DNA of 64,000 bases from assembly GCA_050872345.1 (NCBI GenBank), contig JBNMGQ010000001.1:2039-66038 (forward strand). Direction: 5' to 3'. Under the pieces are notes generated by a model that saw only the letters and a program-made list of their open reading frames with translations, had not been told where the DNA came from and made no database searches. The DNA is from Eubacterium sp. Lineage in GTDB: Bacteria > Bacillota > Clostridia > Oscillospirales > Acutalibacteraceae. This document shows, piece after piece, positions 1-7,682 of the stretch. The first letter of the stretch is position 1. Each line of letters begins with the position of its first letter. A program made the position numbers and the translations under genes.

Positions 1-271
1 TATACAGCGTCATACTGATTAAATCTGTAACAAGAAGCCTTATGTACGACTGAACCCCACCGTATCGCCAAATTTGATTATATATTTTTCCGAAAAGCCT
101 GCATACAAATATGAGAACTCCTGCAACCAAGCTATTGACCAAAAGGTCTTTTATGCTATAAGCCCTGATGCTTTTGTTGAGAAAAAACAGCATTGCAAAT
201 GTTGCTAAAAACACAATCGCATCATATAAAACAAGAGTCCATCTTATTTTAAAAATCTGCTTAAGATTCAT
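1..271 (-). CDS. N-terminus of a CapD/PglF-like polysaccharide biosynthesis dehydratase (truncated by window edge); paralog of 23905..25860
   Basis: Not in the ORF track. My translation from ATG at 271 is MNLKQIFKIRWTLVLYDAIVFL…CRLFGKIYNQIWRYGGVQSY, which aligns with the 25860 protein (MKTKLKQIFSIKWTLVFYD…CRLFGKIYNQIWRYGGIQCY). Confidence 0.9.
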   Translation of the reverse strand, partial: MNLKQIFKIRWTLVLYDAIVFLATFAMLFFLNKSIRAYSIKDLLVNSLVAGVLIFVCRLFGKIYNQIWRYGGVQSYIRLLVTDLISMTLY

Positions 272-360
272 ACCCCTTATCCCTCTCACATAATTTCACA
301 AAAATTCAACACTTTTTTTATTAAATATACACTCATTCAATATTTTAACATACTATTAAT

Positions 361-389
361 AGTATACCTTTTATGCGACTTTATGTCAA
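361..389 (-). promoter_or_regulatory. SigA-type promoter for the left capD-like gene
   Basis: TTGACA-17 bp-TATACT on the minus strand. Confidence 0.7.
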
Positions 390-427
390 CCGAAACTTGT
401 CGGACAACGCAACTTTTCGTCGCCTTT

Positions 428-434
428 TGTCGAA
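428..434 (+). promoter_or_regulatory. Spo0A box (TGTCGAA)
   Basis: Perfect 0A-box consensus ~40 bp upstream of the -35; near-match TGTCGGA at 398..404. Confidence 0.45.
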
Positions 435-486
435 TAATTAGCATACTGTCATATATTATAAATTAATGTTTAGCGTAGTAAGTTAA

Positions 487-656
487 GGCTCCCTTGCAAA
501 GGGAGCTGTCGGTTTACCGACTGAGGGATTGGCAGGCGACCACAGGTCGCCCGTCTCTCCTATCGTCAGCATAGCTGACACTTCCCTCGTCAGAGGGAAG
601 CAATAACTTGGCTCCCTCTGACGAGGGAGCTGTCACGATAGTGACTGAGGGAGAGA
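487..656. repeat. Cluster of GC-rich REP-like double-hairpin repeats
   Basis: GGCTCCCTTGCAAAGGGAGCTGTCGGTTTACCGACTGAGGGATT (487..530), a reverse-oriented copy (~554..601), and GCTCCCTCTGACGAGGGAGCTGTCACGATAGTGACTGAGGGAGAG (~611..656). Confidence 0.8.
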
Positions 657-702
657 AAAAATATAATGTGGCGTCAGCCGTCAACCTTTTATAAACATTA
701 AT

Positions 703-861
703 TTATTTCATCCTAACCTTTTTCGTCTCGCCCAAAATGGCAACACCTTGAATTATCACAAGAACCAATGCAAAAATTCTCATTGCCACGGCGATAATCT
801 CAAGAGCGCTTGATATTTGACGAAATGAGGACAACAATTTAATATTATTAAAATGCTTCAT
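703..861 (-). CDS. Small hypothetical membrane protein (52 aa) directly downstream of the spoVAD 3' end
   Basis: ATG at 861 with RBS GGAGAGGTGA overlapping the spoVAD stop codon; hydrophobic stretch IIAVAMRIFALVLVIIQGVAIL. Confidence 0.55.
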   Translation of the reverse strand: MKHFNNIKLLSSFRQISSALEIIAVAMRIFALVLVIIQGVAILGETKKVRMK

Positions 862-865
862 TTTA

Positions 866-1261
866 TCACCTCTCCAGCAAAACTGCGTGAGCAATGCCCG
901 GAATAGAATTTCCCTGCTTGCTTGAGGTCGGCGACATTAGCGCACCGGTCGCAACAAATAAAACTTTTTTCAAAATTCCCTTGTCCATCTGCTTCAAAAT
1001 GTGTGAACAAAGCACACTTGCCGAGCAACCACAACCCGACCCACCGGAATTGACATCCTGCTTTTTCAAATCATAAATCATCATACCACAATCCTTGTGG
1101 TACCCTTTAAGCTTGATACCGTGGTCCTTTTCAAGAAGCTCATAAAGAAGCTGGCTTCCGGTAAAGCCCAAATCACCTGTCAAAATCAAATTGTAATCGT
1201 CAGGCGTCGTGCCCGTGTCATTCAAAAAATCACTTATAGTCCTTGCTGCAGCAGGTGCCAT
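866..1261 (-). pseudogene. spoVAD: 3' segment of split stage V sporulation protein AD gene (restorable by excision)
   Basis: MAPAAARTI…YNLILTGDLG…GGSGCGCSA…ATGALMSPTS…IPGIAHAV are SpoVAD C-terminal motifs. Homology starts exactly at the 11-bp core. Confidence 0.93.
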
Positions 1262-1280
1262 TGTCAAGGGTAGACTATAA
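1234..1280. other. Left attachment junction (gene-side arm + core + element-side arm)
   Basis: Core GCAGGTGCCAT 1251..1261; gene-side motif TTATAGTC 1234..1241; element-side inverted motif TAGACTATAA 1271..1280. Confidence 0.85.
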
Positions 1281-1287
1281 AAAATAA

Positions 1288-1353
1288 AGGCGAACAATGT
1301 TCGCCCTTAATCCCTCAGTCAGCTTAGCTGACAGCTCCCTTTACAAAGGAGCC
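1288..1353. repeat. REP hairpin plus reverse copy of the double-hairpin repeat just inside the left junction
   Basis: 1288..1306 is the exact reverse complement of 62528..62546 (inside the RAYT gene). 1309..1353 is a reverse copy of the 487..530 repeat type. Confidence 0.8.
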
Positions 1354-1892
1354 TAAATATTTTTTATTTTTTTAATACTTAATATTTTTTCAATCAAAAT
1401 GCAGAAAAGAAGTCCGAGTGCACAGCCGAGTGTATTATGAATTACATCATCAACTTCGGCATAGCCGAGTTTGAAAATATATTGCGAAAGTTCAATAACA
1501 AAGCTGAGTGCACAAGAAATCGGAATAATCATCCACCGTTTTGAATTGATTTTATCAATATTCAAACTGCCGAAAATGAAACCGAGCGGATAGAAAAAGA
1601 GGATATTGAGTATCGATTCTCTAATCATTTCTTTCATTCCGTGAGCCGCCAAATAATATGAGTGAAACGGAATCAGGCTGTAATCACCTGCCGATTCGGT
1701 ATTGAGCCTTGCAAACAGAGTGATATAAAGTATAAAAGCCACATACAAAAACAGAAATGCCACAATTATATAATTGTAGCACTTCTTCGTCATAAAAAAT
1801 CTTTTGCCGATACCTAAAATGAGAGAAAATGCGAGCAGGATAAAGAATATTTTTTCATTACTTACATTATAAAGCGTTGTAACAATATCCAA
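1353..1892 (-). CDS. VanZ family membrane protein
   Basis: Hydrophobic; motifs NILFFYPLG, SFVIELSQY, EVDDVIHNTLG. Confidence 0.85.
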   Translation of the reverse strand: MDIVTTLYNVSNEKIFFILLAFSLILGIGKRFFMTKKCYNYIIVAFLFLYVAFILYITLFARLNTESAGDYSLIPFHSYYLAAHGMKEMIRESILNILFFYPLGFIFGSLNIDKINSKRWMIIPISCALSFVIELSQYIFKLGYAEVDDVIHNTLGCALGLLFCILIEKILSIKKIKNI

Positions 1893-1910
1893 TTATCTCA
1901 ACTCCTAAAA

Positions 1911-3107
1911 TCATACCTCTTCAAAAAATGTATCGGGTTTATTTGGATTAAAGATTTCATTACAAGTCATAACCGTAACCAAATCCTCAGTATCGCTAAG
2001 ATTAATAATATTATGAGTCCAACCCGGAATCATATGCACAGCCTCGATTTTATCGCCCGAAACCTCAAAGCTGACCTTTTCGCCCGTATTGATATTGCGT
2101 TCCTCAATCAGTCCGTGACCCGAAACGACAATGAAAAGTTCCCATTTACTGTTGTGCCAATGCTGACCTTTTGTGATACCCGGTTTGCTGATATTAATGC
2201 TCACCTGTCCGCAATCTTCGGTATGCACAAGCTCGGTAAACGAGCCACGGTTATCGACATTCATTTTGAGTGCGTACTTAAATTTATCGGTCGGAAGATA
2301 TGTCAAATAAAGGCTGTAAAGCTTTTTGGCAAAGCTGCCGTCAGGCATTTTCGGCATCATCAAAGTTGTCGGCTGTTCTTTAAACTTTTGCAAAAATTCA
2401 ACAATTTCACCAAGTGTAACCTTATGAGTAGTTTCAACAAAGCAGAATTTACCGTTATCGTCAGGCACGGTTTCAACTCCGTTAAATTCGCAATGCTTTT
2501 CCTTGCCCTCCAAAAGGTCAAACATACCTTCAACCAAATCGTCGATATATAAAAGTTCAAGCTCAACCTTTGGGTCTGTTACGGTAAACGGTTCATCATT
2601 AGCGACTGCCCAACAAAAAGTTGAAACGGCAGAATTATACTTAGGTCGTGAATGACCCATCAAATTAGGGAAACGATAAACTGCAACCTTTGCACCCGTT
2701 TGCTCGCCATAGTCAAAAAACAAATCTTCGCCTGCTTTTTTGCTCCTGCCGTACTCACTGTCGCCGAAACGACCCGAAAGCGTAGCCTGAACAGACGACG
2801 AAAGCATAACGGTTGCTTTGTTATTATACTTCTTAAGTGTGTTTAAAAGTGTTGAACCAAAGCCGAAGTTGCCGTTCATAAAGTCTTCTTCATTTTTCGG
2901 TCTGTTCACACCTGCAAGGTTGAAAACAAAATCGGCTTTTTGGCAATACTCGTCAAGTTCAGATTCACTCGACTCTATATCATATTCAAAAATCTCATCA
3001 ATTATTATGTTTGGACGGGTTTTGTTTTTGCCGTCTTTAATATTTTTTAGGTTGTTGACAAGGGCAGTACCGACCATACCCTTAGCACCTGTTACTAATA
3101 TGTTCAC
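1911..3107 (-). CDS. capF: Cap5F/FnlB/WbjC-like reductase with C-terminal cupin (UDP-L-FucNAc pathway)
   Basis: GAKGMVG Rossmann motif, LAGVNRP, YGRSK, DNRGSFTE, KGQHWH. Confidence 0.88.
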   Translation of the reverse strand: MNILVTGAKGMVGTALVNNLKNIKDGKNKTRPNIIIDEIFEYDIESSESELDEYCQKADFVFNLAGVNRPKNEEDFMNGNFGFGSTLLNTLKKYNNKATVMLSSSVQATLSGRFGDSEYGRSKKAGEDLFFDYGEQTGAKVAVYRFPNLMGHSRPKYNSAVSTFCWAVANDEPFTVTDPKVELELLYIDDLVEGMFDLLEGKEKHCEFNGVETVPDDNGKFCFVETTHKVTLGEIVEFLQKFKEQPTTLMMPKMPDGSFAKKLYSLYLTYLPTDKFKYALKMNVDNRGSFTELVHTEDCGQVSINISKPGITKGQHWHNSKWELFIVVSGHGLIEERNINTGEKVSFEVSGDKIEAVHMIPGWTHNIINLSDTEDLVTVMTCNEIFNPNKPDTFFEEV

Positions 3108-3119
3108 ACAATTCTCCTA

Positions 3120-4319
3120 TCAGTCTTGAGTTTCAAACAAGTCAAATTCTTTATAAATATTTCGTCTTTCGCTCGCTTTTTCAATAGTTTCGTTAATATT
3201 AAATTTTTCTCGCTTACCGAGCAACATTCTTATCAAATATCTTGTGCCGTAAAAAAGCCAGCCAAAAGGAAGAAGAAATTTAAGCTTTTTACTGATTTTC
3301 CATTTTAAATAAACTATATTATTAATGCTCTTGACAAACTGGCTGAGCATTGAAGTATTGCCGACGCCGTTCTTTCCTCTTGACGAAATAATCATAGTTT
3401 CGTGCTTTCGTGTGTCGTCTTTTCTTCCGAAGTTGCCACCGTCAAAAATATCAATCATCATTTGAGAAAGAAGTTCGCTATTCTCAGTTTCCTTTGCCCA
3501 AGCCTTTTTAGGCATACCTAAATATTTAACTGAAAGTTCGGTTAAAAGCTGTGCAAATTTCCAAAGTCCGATTTTTTTTAGTTTCTCTTTAAAAATTTCT
3601 TCAAATTGTTCATTCGTAAAACTGTTTGCAAAAACTGCCCAGTCACACAAATGCCTGAGTCCGACACCTTCACCCGTCAAATGGTGGCAGGTATGAAGAA
3701 GCAAAATAAGTCCATGATGAAATGAATCAGGAATCACCATTTCACCGTCCGGTGTTTCAATCCTTTTTGAAGTATTGAAAACATCTTTCATATATTCTTT
3801 TGCAATTCCACCTGCTTCGCCTTCAGGCATACCTGCAGGAGCAAAGTGGAGTTCGAGCACACTTCTGCCTTTTTTAAAGGAAATATGGCAAATATGATTT
3901 TCAGGATTAGGCGTATAGCCCTCTGAAATCAAAATTTCTTTTGCCTTGTCAAATTCATTGGCAGGAACAAGAAAATCAACATCACCCATAGACCTATACA
4001 TAGGCTCAGGATAATAATATGCCGAAGCATATCCTTTTAAAATTACATAAGGTATACCGTTTTCATTCATCAAACGATTAACATAAGCGTGGTCTGCATT
4101 TACACTCAAGTTGTTCGACACACCAAGTCCGATTTTTTGCTTATATTTTTCAATCGGTGCATTATTCTTATAAAAAGCAAGTGTAAAAACAGCTTGTGCA
4201 TATGCCTCTTTTTCAAGCTCAGTCCAATCAATATCATCGTCAAGCTCAAGCTTAGTTTCAAACAAAGCATTTGAAATAAGGCTTAACAAAGCCGATTCAG
4301 TTTTTGTTAAATTCCTCAT
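3120..4319 (-). CDS. Nucleotidyltransferase family protein (NTP_transf_5-like)
   Basis: ILKG…YYPEPMYRSMGDVDFLV, LELH, GVGLRHLCDW. Start set at MRNL to avoid overlap with the upstream gene. Confidence 0.8.
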   Translation of the reverse strand: MRNLTKTESALLSLISNALFETKLELDDDIDWTELEKEAYAQAVFTLAFYKNNAPIEKYKQKIGLGVSNNLSVNADHAYVNRLMNENGIPYVILKGYASAYYYPEPMYRSMGDVDFLVPANEFDKAKEILISEGYTPNPENHICHISFKKGRSVLELHFAPAGMPEGEAGGIAKEYMKDVFNTSKRIETPDGEMVIPDSFHHGLILLLHTCHHLTGEGVGLRHLCDWAVFANSFTNEQFEEIFKEKLKKIGLWKFAQLLTELSVKYLGMPKKAWAKETENSELLSQMMIDIFDGGNFGRKDDTRKHETMIISSRGKNGVGNTSMLSQFVKSINNIVYLKWKISKKLKFLLPFGWLFYGTRYLIRMLLGKREKFNINETIEKASERRNIYKEFDLFETQD

Positions 4320-4333
4320 TTCAACACCCAATT

Positions 4334-5512
4334 CTACTTGTCTTTTCTCCAAACCATTTTATTAACAATTCCTGTATAGCTTTGGATGATTTTAACAACC
4401 TTTGTGCTTACATTTTCCTCAACATAATCAGGAACAGGAATACCGTAGTCACCGTTATTATTCATCTCAATTGCTGTGTCAACTGCTTGAAGTAAGCCTT
4501 TTTCGTCAATGCCCGAAATGATAAAGCAAGCCTTATCTATAGCCTCCGGTCTTTCGGTCGAAGTACGAATACAAACAGCAGGGAAAGGATGACCAACCGA
4601 AGTGAAAAAGCTGCTTTCCTCCGGCAAAGTACCCGAGTCTGAAACTACTGCCATAGCGTTCATTTGCAAGCAGTTATAGTCATGAAAACCGAGTGGCTCA
4701 TGCTGAATAACTCTTTTATCAAGCTTAAAGCCGGTTGACTCAAGCCTTTTTTTACTTCTCGGATGGCAGGAGTAAAGAATAGGCACATCGTACTTTTCTG
4801 CCATTTTATTAATAGCATTGAAAAGGCTTAAAAAGTTCTTTTCTGTATCAATATTTTCCTCACGGTGAGCCGAAAGAAGAATATATTTGCCCTTTTCAAG
4901 TCCTAACTTTTCGTGAATATCAGATGATTTAATTTCAGAAAGATTATTGTGCAAAACTTCTGCCATAGGCGAACCTGTAACATAAGTTCTCTCTTTTGGC
5001 AAACCACAATCTGCAAGGTATCTTCTTGCGTGTTCCGAATAAGCCATATTCACATCCGAAATAATATCAACAATTCTTCTGTTAGTTTCCTCCGGCAAGC
5101 ATTCGTCCTTACATCTGTTGCCTGCCTCCATATGGAAAATCGGAATATGAAGTCTTTTAGCACCGATAACGGAAAGGCAACTGTTTGTATCGCCCAAAAC
5201 AAGCACTGCGTCAGGCTTAATTTCAGCCATAAGCTTGTAGCTTTGAGCAATGATATTTCCACAAGTTTCGCCGAGGTCGTCGCCGACAGCGTCAAGATAA
5301 ACCTCCGGGTCGTCAAGCTTTAAATCCTTGAAAAACACACCGTTTAAATTGTAATCATAATTTTGACCCGTATGAGCCAAAATGACATCAAAATATTTAC
5401 GAGTCTTATTAATCACAGCAGCAAGCCTGATAATTTCCGGCCTTGTACCAACGATTATAAGCAGCTTAAGCTTGCCGTTTTCTTTCCATTTAACATTATC
5501 GAATTTGCCCAT
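4334..5512 (-). CDS. capG: UDP-N-acetylhexosamine 2-epimerase, Cap5G/FnlC/WbjD-like
   Basis: GTRPEIIR, HTGQNYD, GDTNS, HMEAGNR, PEETNR, SDSGT, TERPE. Confidence 0.9.
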   Translation of the reverse strand: MGKFDNVKWKENGKLKLLIIVGTRPEIIRLAAVINKTRKYFDVILAHTGQNYDYNLNGVFFKDLKLDDPEVYLDAVGDDLGETCGNIIAQSYKLMAEIKPDAVLVLGDTNSCLSVIGAKRLHIPIFHMEAGNRCKDECLPEETNRRIVDIISDVNMAYSEHARRYLADCGLPKERTYVTGSPMAEVLHNNLSEIKSSDIHEKLGLEKGKYILLSAHREENIDTEKNFLSLFNAINKMAEKYDVPILYSCHPRSKKRLESTGFKLDKRVIQHEPLGFHDYNCLQMNAMAVVSDSGTLPEESSFFTSVGHPFPAVCIRTSTERPEAIDKACFIISGIDEKGLLQAVDTAIEMNNNGDYGIPVPDYVEENVSTKVVKIIQSYTGIVNKMVWRKDK

Positions 5513-5524
5513 TTTTGCCTCCGA

Positions 5525-6565
5525 TTACTTGTCCATCTTTGCAAGTTCTTCCTGAATATAAGCAAGGCTTGCAATCTTTTCTTTAGTTTCTTCAAGGTTA
5601 AGACGACGAGTGTTGTTAGAGTTAAATTCAGTCAAAGTGTTCCTCTGCTCGTCACCCTCCTTGAAATATTTATCATAGTTAAGTCCACGATTATCGGCAG
5701 GGACACGGTAGAAATTGCCCATATCAACAGCCTTTGCACATTCTTCGTTAGTAAGAAGAGTTTCGTACATTTTTTCACCGTGACGAATACCGATAACCTT
5801 AATGTCTTCTTTTTTACCGCCGAAAAGTTCGCAAACTGCCTCTGCCTGAGTTTGAATAGTGCAAGCAGGAGCTTTTTGAATAAGCAAGTCGCCGTTTTCG
5901 CCATGCTCAAATGCAAAAAGAACAAGGTCAACAGCCTCTTCAAGCGACATAATGAAACGAGTCATTGAGCCCTCGGTAATAGTAATCGGGTTGCCGTGCT
6001 TAATTTGGTCAATCCAAAGTGGAATAACCGAGCCACGAGAGCACATAACATTGCCGTAACGGGTACAGCAAATCTTAGTCTTGCCCGACATTCTCGACTT
6101 AGCAACCGAAACCTTTTCCTCGATAGCTTTTGTAATTCCCATAGCGTTGATAGGATAAGCTGCCTTGTCGGTTGAAAGGCAAATTACGCACTCAACGCCC
6201 TCATCAATAGCTGCAGTAAGCACATTATCCGTACCGATAACATTGGTTCTTACAGCCTCCATAGGGAAAAATTCGCAAGACGGAACCTGCTTCAAAGCTG
6301 CTGCGTGAAATATGTAATCAACACCGTGCATTGCACCCTTTACCGACTGCAAATCACGAACATCGCCGATGTAAAACTTGATTTTGTCGGCAACTTCCGG
6401 CATCTTTGCCTGAAATTCGTGACGCATATCGTCCTGCTTTTTCTCGTCACGAGAAAAAATACGAATCTCGCCAATGTCGGTTTTTAAAAATCGGTTGAGA
6501 ACAGCGTTACCAAACGACCCCGTTCCCCCTGTTATCATTAATGTTTTTCCTGTAAATAAGCTCAT
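5525..6565 (-). CDS. capE: UDP-GlcNAc 4,6-dehydratase/epimerase, Cap5E/FnlA/WbjB-like
   Basis: TGGTGSFG, SRDEKKQ, AALKQVPSCEF, STDKAAYPINAMG, GIRHGEK. RBS CAGGAGA before ATG 6565. Confidence 0.92.
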   Translation of the reverse strand: MSLFTGKTLMITGGTGSFGNAVLNRFLKTDIGEIRIFSRDEKKQDDMRHEFQAKMPEVADKIKFYIGDVRDLQSVKGAMHGVDYIFHAAALKQVPSCEFFPMEAVRTNVIGTDNVLTAAIDEGVECVICLSTDKAAYPINAMGITKAIEEKVSVAKSRMSGKTKICCTRYGNVMCSRGSVIPLWIDQIKHGNPITITEGSMTRFIMSLEEAVDLVLFAFEHGENGDLLIQKAPACTIQTQAEAVCELFGGKKEDIKVIGIRHGEKMYETLLTNEECAKAVDMGNFYRVPADNRGLNYDKYFKEGDEQRNTLTEFNSNNTRRLNLEETKEKIASLAYIQEELAKMDK

Positions 6566-6614
6566 ATTTATCTCCTGATATTTCTGTCGTTTTATAATAT
6601 CAAATAAAGAATAT

Positions 6615-7670
6615 TTATCCAAAAATTCTCCATTTTAGATACATTAACTTAGTCTTTTTCCCCTGAATTTCTTTTAATGGTGTCCATTCACCTGCCGCTT
6701 TATCTATAAGAGCTTCCTTGTGCCAATCTATAGCTAAAAACTTTGGTTTATCCAAAAAAGAATTTAAACATTTACTTAAACCTTCTTTTGGAAGGAGCCA
6801 TTTTGAGGTATCAACAATTTTGCTGATTTTTTCATTATTAAAATGTCTGTTAAAATATCTTCCATAAAGCACTTGATACTTGGCATACGGCAATTTAAGA
6901 TTTGTACACTTTTCAGTTAGAATGACATTTGGTCTTTTACCGGTTCTCTCTTCCAAAACATTCAAATATACATTTAATATTTCTTTCCACTGAAATGATT
7001 CTTCAATCACTATATGAAAAGCTTGGCCGACTGCTTCCGGCTTTCCGACAAGTTGAGCTATTCCGTCAGCAACATCTCTTCCGTAAGATAATGTATAGTA
7101 ATTATCCATCAAATCTTTTGAAAAGACTATTGAGCGACCATGCAGTGCTCTGTAAAGCCAATTTTCTTTTTCATATACTCCAAGTTGAAGTCTGTTTTCA
7201 GCATAAGTCAAACTCGGTCTAACAATTGTCCAGTTTTTATATTTTGATTCAAACAAAATATTTTCTTCTTTAGCTTTTGCTATAGCATATTCGTTAGAAG
7301 CAATATACTCCTCATCTTCGCAAACATCTAAAAGCCTTGGCGAATCTTCTGTAATTAACGGAGAATCAGCATATACTCTTGCAGAACTGATAAAAATATA
7401 TTGATTTGTTGATTCAAGAAGCATATCAATTCTATCTTTTAGTTCATCGAGAGTATAAACCATAAAGTCGATTATAACATCCCAGTGCTTTTTACGGCAC
7501 AAATCTTTTATAAATGTTAAGTCCTTGGCATTGCCTTGCAAATATGTAATATTTTCATCATTTTCTTTTTTATTTCTGCTTGTAATATATATATTACATT
7601 CTTTGTCTTTAAGAATATCACTCACATGACTTCCCATAGCTCCGGTTCCGCCAAGCAACAAAACATCCAT
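6615..7670 (-). CDS. NAD-dependent epimerase/dehydratase (extended SDR)
   Basis: LGGTGAMG, FISSARVY, YAIAK, IVRP. Confidence 0.8.
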   Translation of the reverse strand: MDVLLLGGTGAMGSHVSDILKDKECNIYITSRNKKENDENITYLQGNAKDLTFIKDLCRKKHWDVIIDFMVYTLDELKDRIDMLLESTNQYIFISSARVYADSPLITEDSPRLLDVCEDEEYIASNEYAIAKAKEENILFESKYKNWTIVRPSLTYAENRLQLGVYEKENWLYRALHGRSIVFSKDLMDNYYTLSYGRDVADGIAQLVGKPEAVGQAFHIVIEESFQWKEILNVYLNVLEERTGKRPNVILTEKCTNLKLPYAKYQVLYGRYFNRHFNNEKISKIVDTSKWLLPKEGLSKCLNSFLDKPKFLAIDWHKEALIDKAAGEWTPLKEIQGKKTKLMYLKWRIFG

Positions 7671-7682
7671 TTGAAATTCCTC

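Noticed and set aside
487-656. CRISPR array
   Set aside because: Repeats vary in sequence and orientation, there are no regular unique spacers, and no cas genes are present; REP-like instead.
866-1297. ORF-track 143-aa protein as an independent gene, or the two spoVAD pieces as separate paralogs
   Set aside because: The first 12 residues come from att/REP DNA and there is no RBS. The two pieces overlap only in the 11-bp core and sum to one full-length protein.
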